Shown: piece by piece, positions 25,502-41,003 of the stretch
Position numbering within the stretch: the stretch's first letter is position 1
How the letters are laid out: every line of letters starts with the position of its first letter
Assembly (NCBI GenBank): GCA_964247055.1
Contig: OZ176050.1
Span: 372,001-436,000, forward strand
DNA length: 64,000 nucleotides
Direction: 5' to 3'
DNA from: Paragordius varius
Lineage: Eukaryota > Animalia > Nematomorpha
The notes under the pieces: generated by a model
Told to the model about the DNA's origin: nothing
The model's database searches: none
What the model saw: only the letters and a program-made list of their open reading frames with translations
Position numbers and translations under genes: made by a program

Positions 25502-28500
25502 ATGGCTACCTAAAATCCAAATTTGATCAGGTGATGTCACCATAATTTTTTTGGGTAGCCCTATGGTAGTTCCATCATCACCCCGAATACTTTGGGGATC
25601 GGACTATAAATGTAATTTTTTTGAATTTTTTAAATATTTAAAAAATTTATTTTATACGATTTTAAAAATAAAAATGGCTACCTAAAATCCAAATTTGATC
25701 AGGTGATGTCGCCATAATTTTTTTTGCGTAGCCCTATGGTAGTTCCATCATCACCCCAAATATTTTGGGGATCGGACTATAAATGTAATTTTTATGAATT
25801 TTTTAAATATTTAAAAAATTTATTTTATACGATTTTAAAAATAAAAATGGCTACCTAAAATCCAAATTTGATCAGGTGATGTCATTATAATTTTTTTTGG
25901 GTAGCCCTATGGTAGTTCCATCATCACCCCAAATATTTTCGAGATCGGAATATAAATGTAATTTTTATGAATTTTTTAAATATTTAAAAAATTTATTTTA
26001 TACGATTTTAAAAATAAAAATGGCTACCTAAAATCCAAATTTGATCAGGTGATGTCACCATAATTTTTTTGGGTAGCCCTATGGTAGTTCCATCATCACC
26101 CCAAATATTGTCGACATCGGAGTATAAATGTAATTTTTATGAATTTTTTAAATATTTAAAAAATTTATTTTATACGATATTAAAAATAAAAATGGCTACC
26201 TAAAATCCAAATTTAATCAGGTGATGTCACCATAATTTTTTTGGGTAGCCCTATAGTAGTTCCATCATCACCCCAAATATTTACGAGATCGGAGTATAAA
26301 TGTAATTTTTATGAATTTTTTAAATATTTAAAAAATTTATTTTATACGATTTTAAAAATAAAAATGGCTACCTAAAATCCAAATTTGATCAGGTGATGTC
26401 GCCATAATTTTTTTTGCGTAGCCCTATGGTAGTTCCATCATCACCCCAAATATTTTGGGGATCGGACTATAAATGTAATTTTTATGAATTTTTTAAATAT
26501 TTAAAAAATTTATTTTATACGATTTTAAAAATAAAAATGGCTACCTAAAATCCAAATTTGATCAGGTGATGTCACCATAACTTTTTTTGGGTAGCCCTAT
26601 GGTAGTTCCATCATCACCCCGAATACTTTGGGGATCGGACTATAAATGTAATTTTTTTAAATTTTTTAAATATTTAAAAAATTTATTTTATACGATTTTA
26701 AAAATAAAAATGGCTACCTAAAATCCAAATTTGATCAGGTGATGTCGCCATAATTTTTTTTGCGTAGCCCTATGGTAGTTCCATCATCACCCCAAATATT
26801 TTGGGGATCGGACTATAAATGTAATTTTTATGAATTTTTTAAATATTTAAAAAATTTATTTTATACGATTTTAAAAATAAAAATGGCTACCTAAAATCCA
26901 AATTTGATCAGGTGATGTCACCATAATTTTTTTTGGGTAGCCCTATGGTAGTTCCATCATCACCCCAAATATTTTCGAGATCGGAGTATAAATGTAATTT
27001 TTATGAATTTTTTAAATATTTAAAAAATTTATTTTATACGATTTTAAAAATAAAAATGGCTACCTAAAATCCAAATTTGATCAGGTGATGTCACTATAAT
27101 TTTTTTGGGTAGCCCTATGGTAGTTCCATCATCACCCCGAATACTTTGGGGATCGGACTATAAATGTAATTTTTTTAAATTTTTTAAATATTTAAAAAAT
27201 TTATTTTATACGATTTTAAAAATAAAAATGGCTACCTAAAATCCAAATTTGATCAGGTGATGTCGCCATAATTTTTTTTGCGTAGCCCTATGGTAGTTCC
27301 ATCATCACCCCAAATATTTTGGGGATCGGACTATAAATGTAATTTTTATGAATTTTTTAAATATTTAAAAAATTTATTTTATACGATTTTAAAAATAAAA
27401 ATGGCTACCTAAAATCCAAATTTGATCAGGTGATGTCACCATAATTTTTTTTGGGTAGCCCTATGGTAGTTCCATCATCACCCCAAATATTTTCGAGATC
27501 GGAGTATAAATGTAATTTTTATGAATTTTTTAAATATTTAAAAAATTTATTTTATACGATTTTAAAAATAAAAATGGCTACCTAAAATCCAAATTTGATC
27601 AGGTGATGTCACTATAATTTTTTTGGGTAGCCCTATGGTAGTTCCATCATCACCCCAAATATTTTCGAGATCGGAGTATAAATGTAATTTTTATGAATTT
27701 TTTAAATATTTAAAAAATTTATTTTATACGATTTTAAAAATAAAAATGGCTACCTAAAATCCAAATTTGATCAGGTGATGTCACCATAATTTTTTTGGGT
27801 AGCCCTATGGTAGTTCCATCATCACCCCGAATACTTTGGGGATCGGACTATAAATGTAATTTTTTTGAATTTTTTAAATATTTAAAAAATTTATTTTATA
27901 CGATTTTAAAAATAAAAATGGCTACCTAAAATCCAAATTTGATCAGGTGATGTCGCCATAATTTTTTTTGCGTAGCCCTATGGTAGTTCCATCATCACCC
28001 CAAATATTTTGGGGATCGGACTATAAATGTAATTTTTATGAATTTTTTAAATATTTAAAAAATTTATTTTATACGATTTTAAAAATAAAAATGGCTACCT
28101 AAAATCCAAATTTGATCAGGTGATGTCATTATAATTTTTTTTGGGTAGCCCTATGGTAGTTCCATCATCACCCCAAATATTTTCGAGATCGGAATATAAA
28201 TGTAATTTTTATGAATTTTTTAAATATTTAAAAAATTTATTTTATACGATTTTAAAAATAAAAATGGCTACCTAAAATCCAAATTTGATCAGGTGATGTC
28301 ACCATAATTTTTTTGGGTAGCCCTATGGTAGTTCCATCATCACCCCAAATATTGTCGACATCGGAGTATAAATGTAATTTTTATGAATTTTTTAAATATT
28401 TAAAAAATTTATTTTATACGATATTAAAAATAAAAATGGCTACCTAAAATCCAAATTTAATCAGGTGATGTCACCATAATTTTTTTGGGTAGCCCTATAG

Positions 28501-29299
28501 TAGTTCCATCATCACCCCAAATATTTCCGAGATCGGAGTATAAATGTAATTTTTATGAATTTTTTAAATATTTAAAAAATTTATTTTATACGATTTTAAA
28601 AATAAAAATGGCTACCTAAAATCCAAATTTGATCAGGTGATGTCGCCATAATTTTTTTTGCGTAGCCCTATGGTAGTTCCATCATCACCCCAAATATTTT
28701 GGGGATCGGACTATAAATGTAATTTTTATGAATTTTTTAAATATTTAAAAAATTTATTTTATACGATTTTAAAAATAAAAATGGCTACCTAAAATCCAAA
28801 TTTGATCAGGTGATGTCACCATAATTTTTTTTGGGTAGCCCTATGGTAGTTCCATCATCACCCCGAATACTTTGGGGATCGGACTATAAATGTAATTTTT
28901 TTGAATTTTATAAATATTTAAAAAATTTATTTTATACGATTTTAAAAATAAAAATGGCTACCATAAATCCAAATTTGATCAGGTGATGTCGCCATAATTT
29001 TTTTTGCGTAGCCCTATGGTAGTTCCATCATCACCCCAAATATTTTGGGGATCGGACTATAAATGTAATTTTTATGAATTTTTTAAATATTTAAAAAATT
29101 TATTTTATACGATTTTAAAAATAAAAATGGCTACCTAAAATCCAAATTTGATCAGGTGATGTCACCATAATTTTTTTTGGGTAGCCCTATGGTAGTTCCA
29201 TCATCACCCCAAATATTTTCGAGATCGGAGTATAAATGTAATTTTTATGAATTTTTTAAATATTTAAAAAATTTATTTTATACGATTTTAAAAATAAAA
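25502..29299 (+). repeat. 13-monomer higher-order repeat (25502-27745) with a 9-unit second copy from 27746 (offset 2244); third rearranged copy at about 29.8-31.0 kb
   Basis: TCGAC at 26111, 28355 and 30765, each followed by a GATATTAAAA/TTTAATCAGG/CTATAG unit. An internal 3-mer duplication has offset 518 (26659 and 27177). Confidence 0.85.
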
Positions 29300-32200
29300 A
29301 TGGCTACCTAAAATCCAAATTTGATCAGGTGATGTCGCCATAATTTTTTTTGGGTAGCCCTATGGTAGTTCCATCATCACCCCAAATATTTTCGAGATCG
29401 GAGTATAAATGTAATTTTTATGAATTTTTTAAATATTTAAAAAATTTATTTTATACGATTTTAAAAATAAAAATGGCTACCTAAAATCCAAATTTGATCA
29501 GGTGATGTCACCATAATTTTTTTTGGGTAGCCCTATGGTAGTTCCATCATCACCCCAAATATTTTCGAGATCGGAGTATAAATGTATTTTTTATGAATTT
29601 TTTAAATATTTAAAAAATTTATTTTATACGATTTTAAAAATAAAAATGGCTAACTAAAATCCAAATTTGATCAGGTGATGTCGCCATAATTTTTTTTGGG
29701 TAGCCCTATGGTAGTTCCATCATCACCCCAAATATTTTCGAGATCGGAGTATAAATGTAATTTTTATGAATTTTTTAAATATTTAAAAAATTTATTTTAT
29801 ACGATTTTAAAAATAAAAATGGCTACCTAAAATCCAAATTGATGTCACCATAATTTTTTTGGGTAGCCCTATGGTAGTTCCATCATCACCCCGAATACTT
29901 TGGGGATCGGACTATAAATGTAATTTTTTTGAATTTTTTAAATATTTAAAAAATTTATTTTATACGATTTTAAAAATAAAAATGGCTACCTAAAATCCAA
30001 ATTTGATCAGGTGATGTCGCCATAATTTTTTTTGCGTAGCCCTATGGTAGTTCCATCATCACCCCAAATATTTTGGGGATCGGACTATAAATGTAATTTT
30101 TATGAATTTTTTAAATATTTAAAAAATTTATTTTATACGATTTTAAAAATAAAAATGGCTACCTAAAATCCAAATTTGATCAGGTGATGTCATTATAATT
30201 TTTTTTGGGTAGCCCTATGGTAGTTCCATCATCACCCCAAATATTTTCGAGATCGGAGTATAAATGTAATTTTTATGAATTTTTTAAATATTTAAAAAAT
30301 TTATTTTATACGAATTTAAAAATAAAAATGGCTACCTAAAATCCAAATTTGATCAGGTGATGTCACCATAATTTTTTTTGGGTAGCCCTATGGTAGTTCC
30401 ATCATCACCCCAAATATTTTCGAGATCGGACTATAAATGTAATTTTTATGAATTTTTTAAATATTTAAAAAATTTATTTTATACGATTTTAAAAATAAAA
30501 ATGGCTACCTAAAATCCAAATTTGATCAGGTGATGTCATTATAATTTTTTTTGGGTAGCCCTATGGTAGTTCCATCATCACCCCAAATATTTTCGAGATC
30601 GGAATATAAATGTAATTTTTATGAATTTTTTAAATATTTAAAAAATTTATTTTATACGATTTTAAAAATATAAATGGCTACCTAAAATCCATATTTGATC
30701 AGGTGATGTCACCATAATTTTTTTGGGTAGCCCTATGGTAGTTCCATCATCACCCCAAATATTGTCGACATCGGAGTATAAATGTAATTTTTATGAATTT
30801 TTTAAATATTTAAAAAATTTATTTTATACGATATTAAAAATAAAAATGGCTACCTAAAATCCAAATTTAATCAGGTGATGTCACCATAATTTTTTTTGGG
30901 TAGCCCTATAGTAGTTCCATCATCACCCCAAATATTTCCGAGATCGGAGTATAAATGTAATTTTTATGAATTTTTTAAATATTTAAAAAATTTATTTTAT
31001 ACGATTTTAAAAATAAAAATGGCTACCTAAAATCCAAATTTGATCAGGTGATGTCGCCATAATTATTTTTGGGTAGCCCTATAGTAGTTCCATCATCACC
31101 TTAAATATTTTGGAGGATCGGACTATAAATGTAATTTTTATGAATTTTTTAAATATTTAAAAAATTTATTTTATACGATTTTAAAAATAAAAATGGCTAC
31201 CTAAAATCCAAATTTGATCAGGTGATGTCACTATAATTTTTTTTGGGTAGCCCTATGGTAGTTCCATCATCACCCCAAATATTTTGGGGATCGGACTATA
31301 AATGTAATTTTTATGAATTTTTTAAATATTTAAAAAATTTATTTTATACGATTTTAAAAATGAAAATGGCTACCTAAAATCCAAATTTGATCAGGTGATG
31401 TCGCCATAATTTTTTTTGGGTAGCCCTATGGTAGTTCCATCATAACCCCAAATATTTTTGAGATCGGACTTTAAATGTAATTTTTTTGAATTTTTTAAAT
31501 TTTTAAAAAATTTATTTTATACGATTTTAAAAATAAAAATGGCTACCTAAAATCCAAATTTGATCAGGTGATGTCGCCATAATTTTTTTGGGTAGCCCTA
31601 TGGTAGTTCCATCATCACCCCAAATATTGTCGAGATCGGAGTATAAATGTAATTTTTTTGAATTTTTTAAATATTTAAAAAATTTATTTTATACGATTTT
31701 AAAAATAAAAATAGCTACCTAAAATCCAAATATGATCAGGTGATGTCACTATAATTTTTTTGGGTAGCCCTATGGTAGTTCCATCATCACCCCAAATATT
31801 TTGGGGATCGGACTATAAATGTAATTTTTATGAATTTTTTAAATATTTAAAAAATTTATTTTATACGATTTTAAAAATAAAAATGGCTACCTAAAATCCA
31901 AATTTGATCAGGTGATGTCACTATAATTTTTTTGGGTAGCCCTATGGTAGTTCCATCATCACCCCAAATATTTTGGGGATCGGACTATAAATGTAATTTT
32001 TATGAATTTTTTAAATATTTAAAAAATTTATTTTATACGATTTTAAAAATAAAAATGGCTACCTAAAATCCAAATTTGATCAGGTGATGTCACCATAATT
32101 TGTTTTGGGTAGCCCTATGGTAGTTCCATCATCACCCCAAATATTTTCGAGATCGGAGTATAAATGTAATTTTTATGAATTTTATAAATATTTAAAAAAT

Positions 32201-32572
32201 TTATTTTATACGATTTTAAAAATAAAAATGGCTACCTAAAATCCAAATTTGATCAGGTGATGTCACCATAATTTTTTTGGTAGCCCTATGGTAGTTCCAT
32301 CATCACCCCAAATATTTTGGATATCGGACTATAAATGTAATTTTTATGAATTTTTTAAATATTTAAAAAATTTATTTTATACGATTTTAAAAATAAAAAT
32401 GGCTACCTAAAATCCAAATTTGATCAGGTGATGTCGCCATAATTATTTTTGGGTAGCCCTATAGTAGTTCCATCATCACCTTAAATATTTTGGAGGATCG
32501 GACTATAAATGTAATTTTTATGAATTTTTTAAATATTTAAAAAATTTATTTTATACGATTTTAAAAATAAAA

Positions 32573-35500
32573 ATGGCTACCTAAAATCCAAATTTGATCA
32601 GGTGATGTCACTATAATTTTTTTTGGGTAGCCCTATGGTAGTTCCATCATCACCCCAAATATTTTGGGGATCGGACTATAAATGTAATTTTTATGAATTT
32701 TTTAAATATTTAAAAAATTTATTTTATACGATTTTAGAAATGATCTTGGCTACCTAAAATCCAAATTTGATCAGGTGATGTCACCATAATTTTTTTTGGG
32801 TAGCCCTATGGTAGTTCCATCATAACCCCAAATATTTTGGGGATCGGACTATAAATGTAATTTTTATGAATTTTTTAAATTTTTAAAAAATTTATTTTAT
32901 ACGATTTTAAAAATAAAAATGGCTACCTAAAATCCAAATTTGATCAGGTGATGTCACTATAATTTTTTTGGGTAGCCCTATGGTAGTTCCATCATCACCC
33001 CAAATATTTTGGGGATCGGACTATAAATGTAATTTTTATGAATTTTTTAAATATTTAAAAAATTTATTTTATACGATTTTAAAAATAAAAATGGCTACCT
33101 AAAATCCAAATTTGATCAGGTGATGTCACCATAATTTTTTTGGGTAGCCCTATGGTAGTTCCATCATCACCCCGAATACTTTGGGGATCGGACTATAAAT
33201 GTAATTTTTTTGAATTTTTTAAATATTTAAAAAATTTATTTTATACGATTTTAAAAATAAAAATGGCTACCTAAAATCCAAATTTGATCAGGTGATGTCA
33301 CTATAATTTTTTTGGGTAGCCCTATGGTAGTTCCATCATCACCCCAAATATTTTCGAGATAAGAGTATAAATGTAATTTTTATGAATTTTTTAAATATTT
33401 AAAAAATTTATTTTATACGATTTTAAAAATAAAAATGGCTACCTAAAATCCATATTTGATCAGGTGATGTCACCATAATTTTTTTGGTAGCCCTATGGTA
33501 GTTCCATCATCACCCCAAATATTTTGGGGATCGGACTATAAATGTAATTTTTATGAATTTTTTAAATATTTAAAAAATATATTTTATACGATTTTAAAAA
33601 TAAAAATGGCTACCTAAAATCCAAATTTGATCAGGTGATGTCGCCATAATTTTTTTTACGTAGCCCTATGGTAGTTCCATCATCACCCCAAATATTTTGG
33701 GGATCGGACTATAAATGTAATTTTTATGAATTTTTTAAATATTTAAAAAATTTATTTTATACGATTTTAAAAATAAAAATGGCTACCTAAAATCCAAATT
33801 TGATCAGGTGATGTCACCTTAATTTTTTTTGGGTAGCCCTATGGTAGTTCCATCATCACCCCAAATATTTTGGGGATCGGACTATAAATGTAATTTTTAT
33901 GAATTTTTTAAATATTTAAAAAATTTATTTTATACGATTTTAAAAATAAAAATGGCTACCTAAAATCCAAATTTGATCAGGTGATGTCACCATAATTTTT
34001 TTTGGGTAGCCCTATGGTAGTTCCATCATCACCCCAAATATTGTCGAGATCGGAGTATAAATGTAATTTTTTTGAATTTTTTAAATATTTAAAAAATTTA
34101 TTTTATACGATTTTAAAAATAAAAATGGCTACCTAAAATCCAAATTTGATCAGGTGATGTCGCCATAATTTTTTTTGGGTAGCCCTATAGTAGTTCCATC
34201 ATCACCCCAAATATTTTGGGGATCGGACTATAAATGTAATTTTTATGAATTTTTTATTTAAAAAATTTATTTTATACGATTTTAAAAATAAAAATGGCTA
34301 CCTAAAATCCAAATTTGATCAGGTGATGTCACTATAATTTTTTTTGGGTAGCCCTATGGTAGTTCCATCATCACCCCAAATATTTTGGGGATCGGACTAT
34401 AAATGTAATTTTTATGAATTTTTTAAATATTTAAAAAATTTATTTTATACGATTTTAGAAATGAAAATGGCTACCTAAAATCCAAATTTGATCAGGTGAT
34501 GTCACCATAATTTTTTTTGGGTAGCCCTATGGTAGTTCCATCATAACCCCAAATATTTTGGGGATCGGACTATAAATGTAATTTTTATGAATTTTTTAAA
34601 TTTTTAAAAAATTTATTTTATACGATTTTAAAAATAAAAATGGCTACCTAAAATCCAAATTTGATCAGGTGATGTCACTATAATTTTTTTGGGTAGCCCT
34701 ATGGTAGTTCCATCATCACCCCAAATATTTTGGGGATCGGACTATAAATGTAATTTTTATGAATTTTTTAAATATTTAAAAAATTTATTTTATACGATTT
34801 TAAAAATAAAAATGGCTACCTAAAATCCAAATTTGATCAGGTGATGTCACCATAATTTTTTTGGGTAGCCCTATGGTAGTTCCATCATCACCCCGAATAC
34901 TTTGGGGATCGGACTATAAATGTAATTTTTTTGAATTTTTTAAATATTTAAAAAATTTATTTTATACGATTTTAAAAATAAAAATGGCTACCTAAAATCC
35001 TTGATCAGGTGATGTCACTATAATTTTTTTGGGTAGCCCTATGGTAGTTCCATCATCACCCCAAATATTTTCGAGATAAGAGTATAAATGTAATTTTTAT
35101 GAATTTTTTAAATATTTAAAAAATTTATTTTATACGATTTTAAAAATAAAAATGGCTACCTAAAATCCAAATTTGATCAGGTGATGTCACCATAATTTTT
35201 TTGGTAGCCCTATGGTAGTTCCATCATCACCCCAAATATTTTGGGGATCGGACTATAAATGTAATTTTTATGAATTTTTTAAATATTTAAAAAATATATT
35301 TTATACGATTTTAAAAATAAAAATGGCTACCTAAAATCCAAATTTGATCAGGTGATGTCGCCATAATTTTTTTTACGTAGCCCTATGGTAGTTCCATCAT
35401 CACCCCAAATATTTTGGGGATCGGACTATAAATGTAATTTTTATGAATTTTTTAAATATTTAAAAAATTTATTTTATACGATTTTAAAAATAAAAATGGC

Positions 35501-35841
35501 TACCTAAAATCCAAATTTGATCAGGTGATGTCACCTTAATTTTTTTTGGGTAGCCCTATGGTAGTTCCATCATCACCCCAAATATTTTGGGGATCGGACT
35601 ATAAATGTAATTTTTATGAATTTTTTAAATATTTAAAAAATTTATTTTATACGATTTTAAAAATAAAAATGGCTACCTAAAATCCAAATTTGATCAGGTG
35701 ATGTCACCATAATTTTTTTTGGGTAGCCCTATGGTAGTTCCATCATCACCCCAAATATTGTCGAGATCGGAGTATAAATGTAATTTTTTTGAATTTTTTA
35801 AATATTTAAAAAATTTATTTTATACGATTTTAAAAATAAAA
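32573..35841 (+). repeat. 10-monomer higher-order repeat (32573-34293) with a 9-unit copy (34294-35841); offset 1721, then 1717 bp
   Basis: TTTTAGAAATG at 32737 and 34458, and GAGATAAGAG at 33361 and 35078. The offset change matches a 4-bp deletion at about 35000. Confidence 0.88.
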
Positions 35842-37897
35842 ATGGCTACCTAAAATGCAAATTTGATCAGGTGATGTCACTATAATTTTTTTGGGTAGCC
35901 CTATGGTAGTTCCATCATCACCCCAAATATTTTCGAGATCGGAGTATAAATGTAATTTTTATTTTTTAAATATTTAAAAAATTTATTTTATACGATTTTA
36001 AAAATAAAAATGGCTACCTAAAATCCAAATTTGATCAGGTGATGTCGCCATAATTTTTTTTGGGTAGCCCTATGGTAGTTCCATCATCACCCCAAATACT
36101 TTGGGGATCGGACTATAAATGTAATTTTTATGAATTTTTTAAATATTTAAAAAATTTATTTTATACGATTTTAAAAATAAAAATGGCTACCTAAAATCCA
36201 AATTTGATCAGGTGATGTCACCATAATTTTTTTTGGGTAGCCCTATGGTAGTTCCATCATCACCCCAAATATTGTCGAGATCGGAGTATAAATGTAATTT
36301 TTTTGAATTTTTTAAATATTTAAAAAATTTATTTTATACGATTTTAAAAATAAAAATGGCTACCTAAAATCCAAATTTGATCAGGTGATGTCGCCATAAT
36401 TTTTTTTGGGTAGCCCTATAGTAGTTCCATCATCACCCCAAATATTTTGGGGATCGGACTATAAATGTAATTTTTATGAATTTTTTATTTAAAAAATTTA
36501 TTTTATACGATTTTAAAAATAAAAATGGCTACCTAAAATGCAAATTTGATCAGGTGATGTCACTATAATTTTTTTGGGTAGCCCTATGGTAGTTCCATCA
36601 TCACCCCAAATATTTTCGAGATCGGAGTATAAATGTAATTTTTATTTTTTAAATATTTAAAAAATTTATTTTATACGATTTTAAAAATAAAAATGGCTAC
36701 CTAAAATCCAAATTTGATCAGGTGATGTCGCCATAATTTTTTTTGGGTAGCCCTATGGTAGTTCCATCATCACCCCAAATATTTTCGAGATCGGAGTATA
36801 AATGTAATTTTTATTTTTTAAATATTTAAAAAATTTATTTTATACGATTTTAAAAATAAAAATGGCTACCTAAAATCCAAATTTGATCAGGTGATGTCGC
36901 CATAATTTTTTTTGGGTAGCCCTATGGTAGTTCCATCATCATCCCAAATACTTTGGGGATCGGACTATAAATGTAATTTTTATGAATTTTTTAAATATTT
37001 AAAAAATTTATTTTATACGATTTTAAAAATAAAAATGGCTACCTAAAATCCAAATTTGATCAGGTGATGTCACCATAATTTTTTTTGGGTAGCCCTATGG
37101 TAGTTCCATCATCACCCCAAATACTTTGGGGATCGGACTATAAATGTAATTTTTATGAATTTTTTAAATATTTAAAAAATTTATTTTATACGATTTTAAA
37201 AATAAAAATGGCTACCTAAAATCCAAATTTGATCAGGTGATGTCACCATAATTTTTTTTGGGTAGCCCTATGGTAGTTCCATCATCACCCCAAATACTTT
37301 GGGGATCGGACTATAAATGTAATTTTTATGAATTTTTTAAATATTTAAAAAATTTATTTTATACGATTTTAAAAATAAAAATGGCTACCTAAAATCCAAA
37401 TTTGATCAGGTGATGTCGCCATAATTTTTTTTGGGTAGCCCTATGGTAGTTCCATCATCACCCCAAATACTTTGGGGATCGGACTATAAATGTAATTTTT
37501 ATGAATTTTTTAAATATTTAAAAAATTTATTTTATACGATTTTAAAAATAAAAATGGCTACCTAAAATCCAAATTTGATCAGGTGATGTCACCATAATTT
37601 TTTTGGTAGCCCTATGGTAGTTCCATCATCACCCCAAATACTTTGGGGATCGGACTATAAATGTAATTTTTATGAATTTTTTAAATATTTAAAAAATTTA
37701 TTTTATACGATTTTAAAAATAAAAATGGCTACCTAAAATCCAAATTTGATCAGGTGATGTCGCCATAATTTTTTTTGGGTAGCCCTATGGTAGTTCCATC
37801 ATCACCCCAAATACTTTGGGGATCGGACTATAAATGTAATTTTTATGAATTTTTTAAATATTTAAAAAATTTATTTTATACTATTTTAAAAATAAAA

Positions 37898-40800
37898 ATG
37901 GCTACCTAAAATCCAAATTTGATCAGGTGATGTCACCATAATTTTTTTTGGGTAGCCCTATGGTAGTTCCATCATCACCCCAAATACTTTGGGGATCGGA
38001 CTATAAATGTAATTTTTATGAATTTTTTAAATATTTAAAAAATTTATTTTATACGATTTTAAAAATAAAAATGGCTACCTAAAATCCAAATTTGATCAGG
38101 TGATGTCACCATAATTTGTTTTGGGTAGCCCTATGGTAGTTCCATCATCACCCCAAATATTTTCGAGATCGGAGTATAAATGTAATTTTTATGAATTTTT
38201 TAAATATTTAAAAAATTTATTTTATACGATTTTAAAAATAAAAATGGCTACCTAAAATCCAAATTTGATCAGGTGATGTCACCATAATTTTTTTGGTAGC
38301 CCTATGGTAGTTCCATCATCACCCCAAATATTTTGGGGATCGGACTATAAATGTAATTTTTATGAATTTTTTAAATATTTAAAAAATTTATTTTATACGA
38401 TTTTAAAAATAAAAATGGCTACCTAAAATCCAAATTTGATCAGGTGATGTCGCCATAATTTTTTTTACGTAGCCCTATGGTAGTTCCATCATCACCCCAA
38501 ATACTTTGGGGATCGGACTATAAATGTAATTTTTATAAATTTTTTAAATATTTAAAAAATTTATTTTATACGATTTTAAAAATAAAAATGGCTACCTAAA
38601 ATCCAAATTTGATCAGGTGATGTCACCATAATTTTTTTTGGGTAGCCCTATGGTAGTTCCATCATCACCCCAAATATTTTCGAGATAGGAGTATAAATGT
38701 AATTTTTATGAATTTTTTAAATATTTAAAAAATTTATTTTATACGATTTAAAAATAAAAATGGCTACCTAAAATCCAAATTTGATCAGGTGATGTCATTA
38801 TAATTTTTTTTGGGTAGCCCTATGGTAGTTCCATCATCACCCCAAATATTTTGGGGATCGGACTATAAATGTAATTTTTATGAATTTTTTAAATATTTAA
38901 AAAATTTATTTTATACGATTTTAAAAATAAAAATGGCTACCTAAAATCCAAATTTGATCAGGTGATGTCGCCATAATTTTTTTACGTAGCCCTATGGTAG
39001 TTCCATCATCACCCCAAATATTTTGGGGATCGGACTATAAATGTAATTTTTATGAATTTTTTAAATATTTAAAAAATTTATTTTATACGATTTTAAAAAT
39101 AAAAATGGCTACCTAAAATCCAAATTTGATCAGGTGATGTCACCTTAATTTTTTTTGGGTAGCCCTATGGTAGTTCCATCATCACCCCAAATATTTTCGA
39201 GATCGGAGTATAAATGTAATTTTTATGAATTTTTTAAATATTTAAAAAATTTATTTTATACGATTTTAAAAATAAAAATGGCTACCTAAAATCCAAATTT
39301 GATCAGGTGATGTCACCATAATTTTTTTTGGGTAGCCCTATGGTAGTTCCATCATCACCCCAAATATTGTCGAGATCGGAGTATAAATGTAATTTTTATG
39401 AATTTTTTAAATATTTAAAAAATTTATTTTATACGATTTTAAAAATAAAAATGGCTATCTAAAATCCAAATTTGATCAGGTGATGTCACCATAATTTTTT
39501 TTGGGTAGCCCTATGGTAGTTCCATCATCACCCCAAATACTTTGGGGATCGGACTATAAATGTAATTTTTATGAATTTTTTAAATATTTAAAAAATTTAT
39601 TTTATACGATTTTAAAAATAAAAATGGCTACCTAAAATCCAAATTTGATCAGGTGATGTCACCATAATTTGTTTTGGGTAGCCCTATGGTAGTTCCATCA
39701 TCACCCCAAATATTTTCGAGATCGGAGTATAAATGTAATTTTTATGAATTTTTTAAATATTTAAAAAATTTATTTTATACGATTTTAAAAATAAAAATGG
39801 CTACCTAAAATCCAAATTTGATCAGGTGATGTCACCATAATTTTTTTGGTAGCCCTATGGTAGTTCCATCATCACCCCAAATATTTTGGGGATCGGACTA
39901 TAAATGTAATTTTTATGAATTTTTTAAATATTTCAAAAATTTTTTTTATACGATTTTAAAAATAAAAATGGCTACCTAAAATCCAAATTTGATCAGGTGA
40001 TGTCGCCATAATTTTTTTTACGTAGCCCTATGGTAGTTCCATCATCACCCCAAATACTTTGGGGATCGGACTATAAATGTAATTTTTATAAATTTTTTAA
40101 ATATTTAAAAAATTTATTTTATACGATTTTAAAAATAAAAATGGCTACCTAAAATCCAAATTTGATCAGGTGATGTCACCATAATTTTTTTTGGGTAGCC
40201 CTATGGTAGTTCCATCATCACCCCAAATATTTTCGAGATAGGAGTATAAATGTAATTTTTATGAATTTTTTAAATATTTAAAAAATTTATTTTATACGAT
40301 TTAAAAATAAAAATGGCTACCTAAAATCCAAATTTGATCAGGTGATGTCATTATAATTTTTTTTGGGTAGCCCTATGGTAGTTCCATCATCACCCCAAAT
40401 ATTTTGGGGATCGGACTATAAATGTAATTTTTATGAATTTTTTAAATATTTAAAAAATTTATTTTATACGATTTTAAAAATAAAAATGGCTACCTAAAAT
40501 CCAAATTTGATCAGGTGATGTCGCCATAATTTTTTTACGTAGCCCTATGGTAGTTCCATCATCACCCCAAATATTTTGGGGATCGGACTATAAATGTAAT
40601 TTTTATGAATTTTTTAAATATTTAAAAAATTTATTTTATACGATTTTAAAAATAAAAATGGCTACCTAAAATCCAAATTTGATCAGGTGATGTCACCTTA
40701 ATTTTTTTTGGGTAGCCCTATGGTAGTTCCATCATCACCCCAAATATTTTCGAGATCGGAGTATAAATGTAATTTTTATGAATTTTTTAAATATTTAAAA

Positions 40801-41003
40801 AATTTATTTTATACGATTTTAAAAATAAAAATGGCTACCTAAAATCCAAATTTGATCAGGTGATGTCACCATAATTTTTTTTGGGTAGCCCTATGGTAGT
40901 TCCATCATCACCCCAAATATTGTCGAGATCGGAGTATAAATGTAATTTTTATGAATTTTTTAAATATTTAAAAAATTTATTTTATACGATTTTAAAAATA
41001 AAA
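37898..41003 (+). repeat. Tandem 9-monomer higher-order repeat, two copies (37898-39450 and 39451-41003; period 1553 bp)
   Basis: ATAATTTGTTTT with G at 38118 and 39671. GAGATAGGA, ACGTAG and CACCTT units occur in the same order in both copies. Confidence 0.9.
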
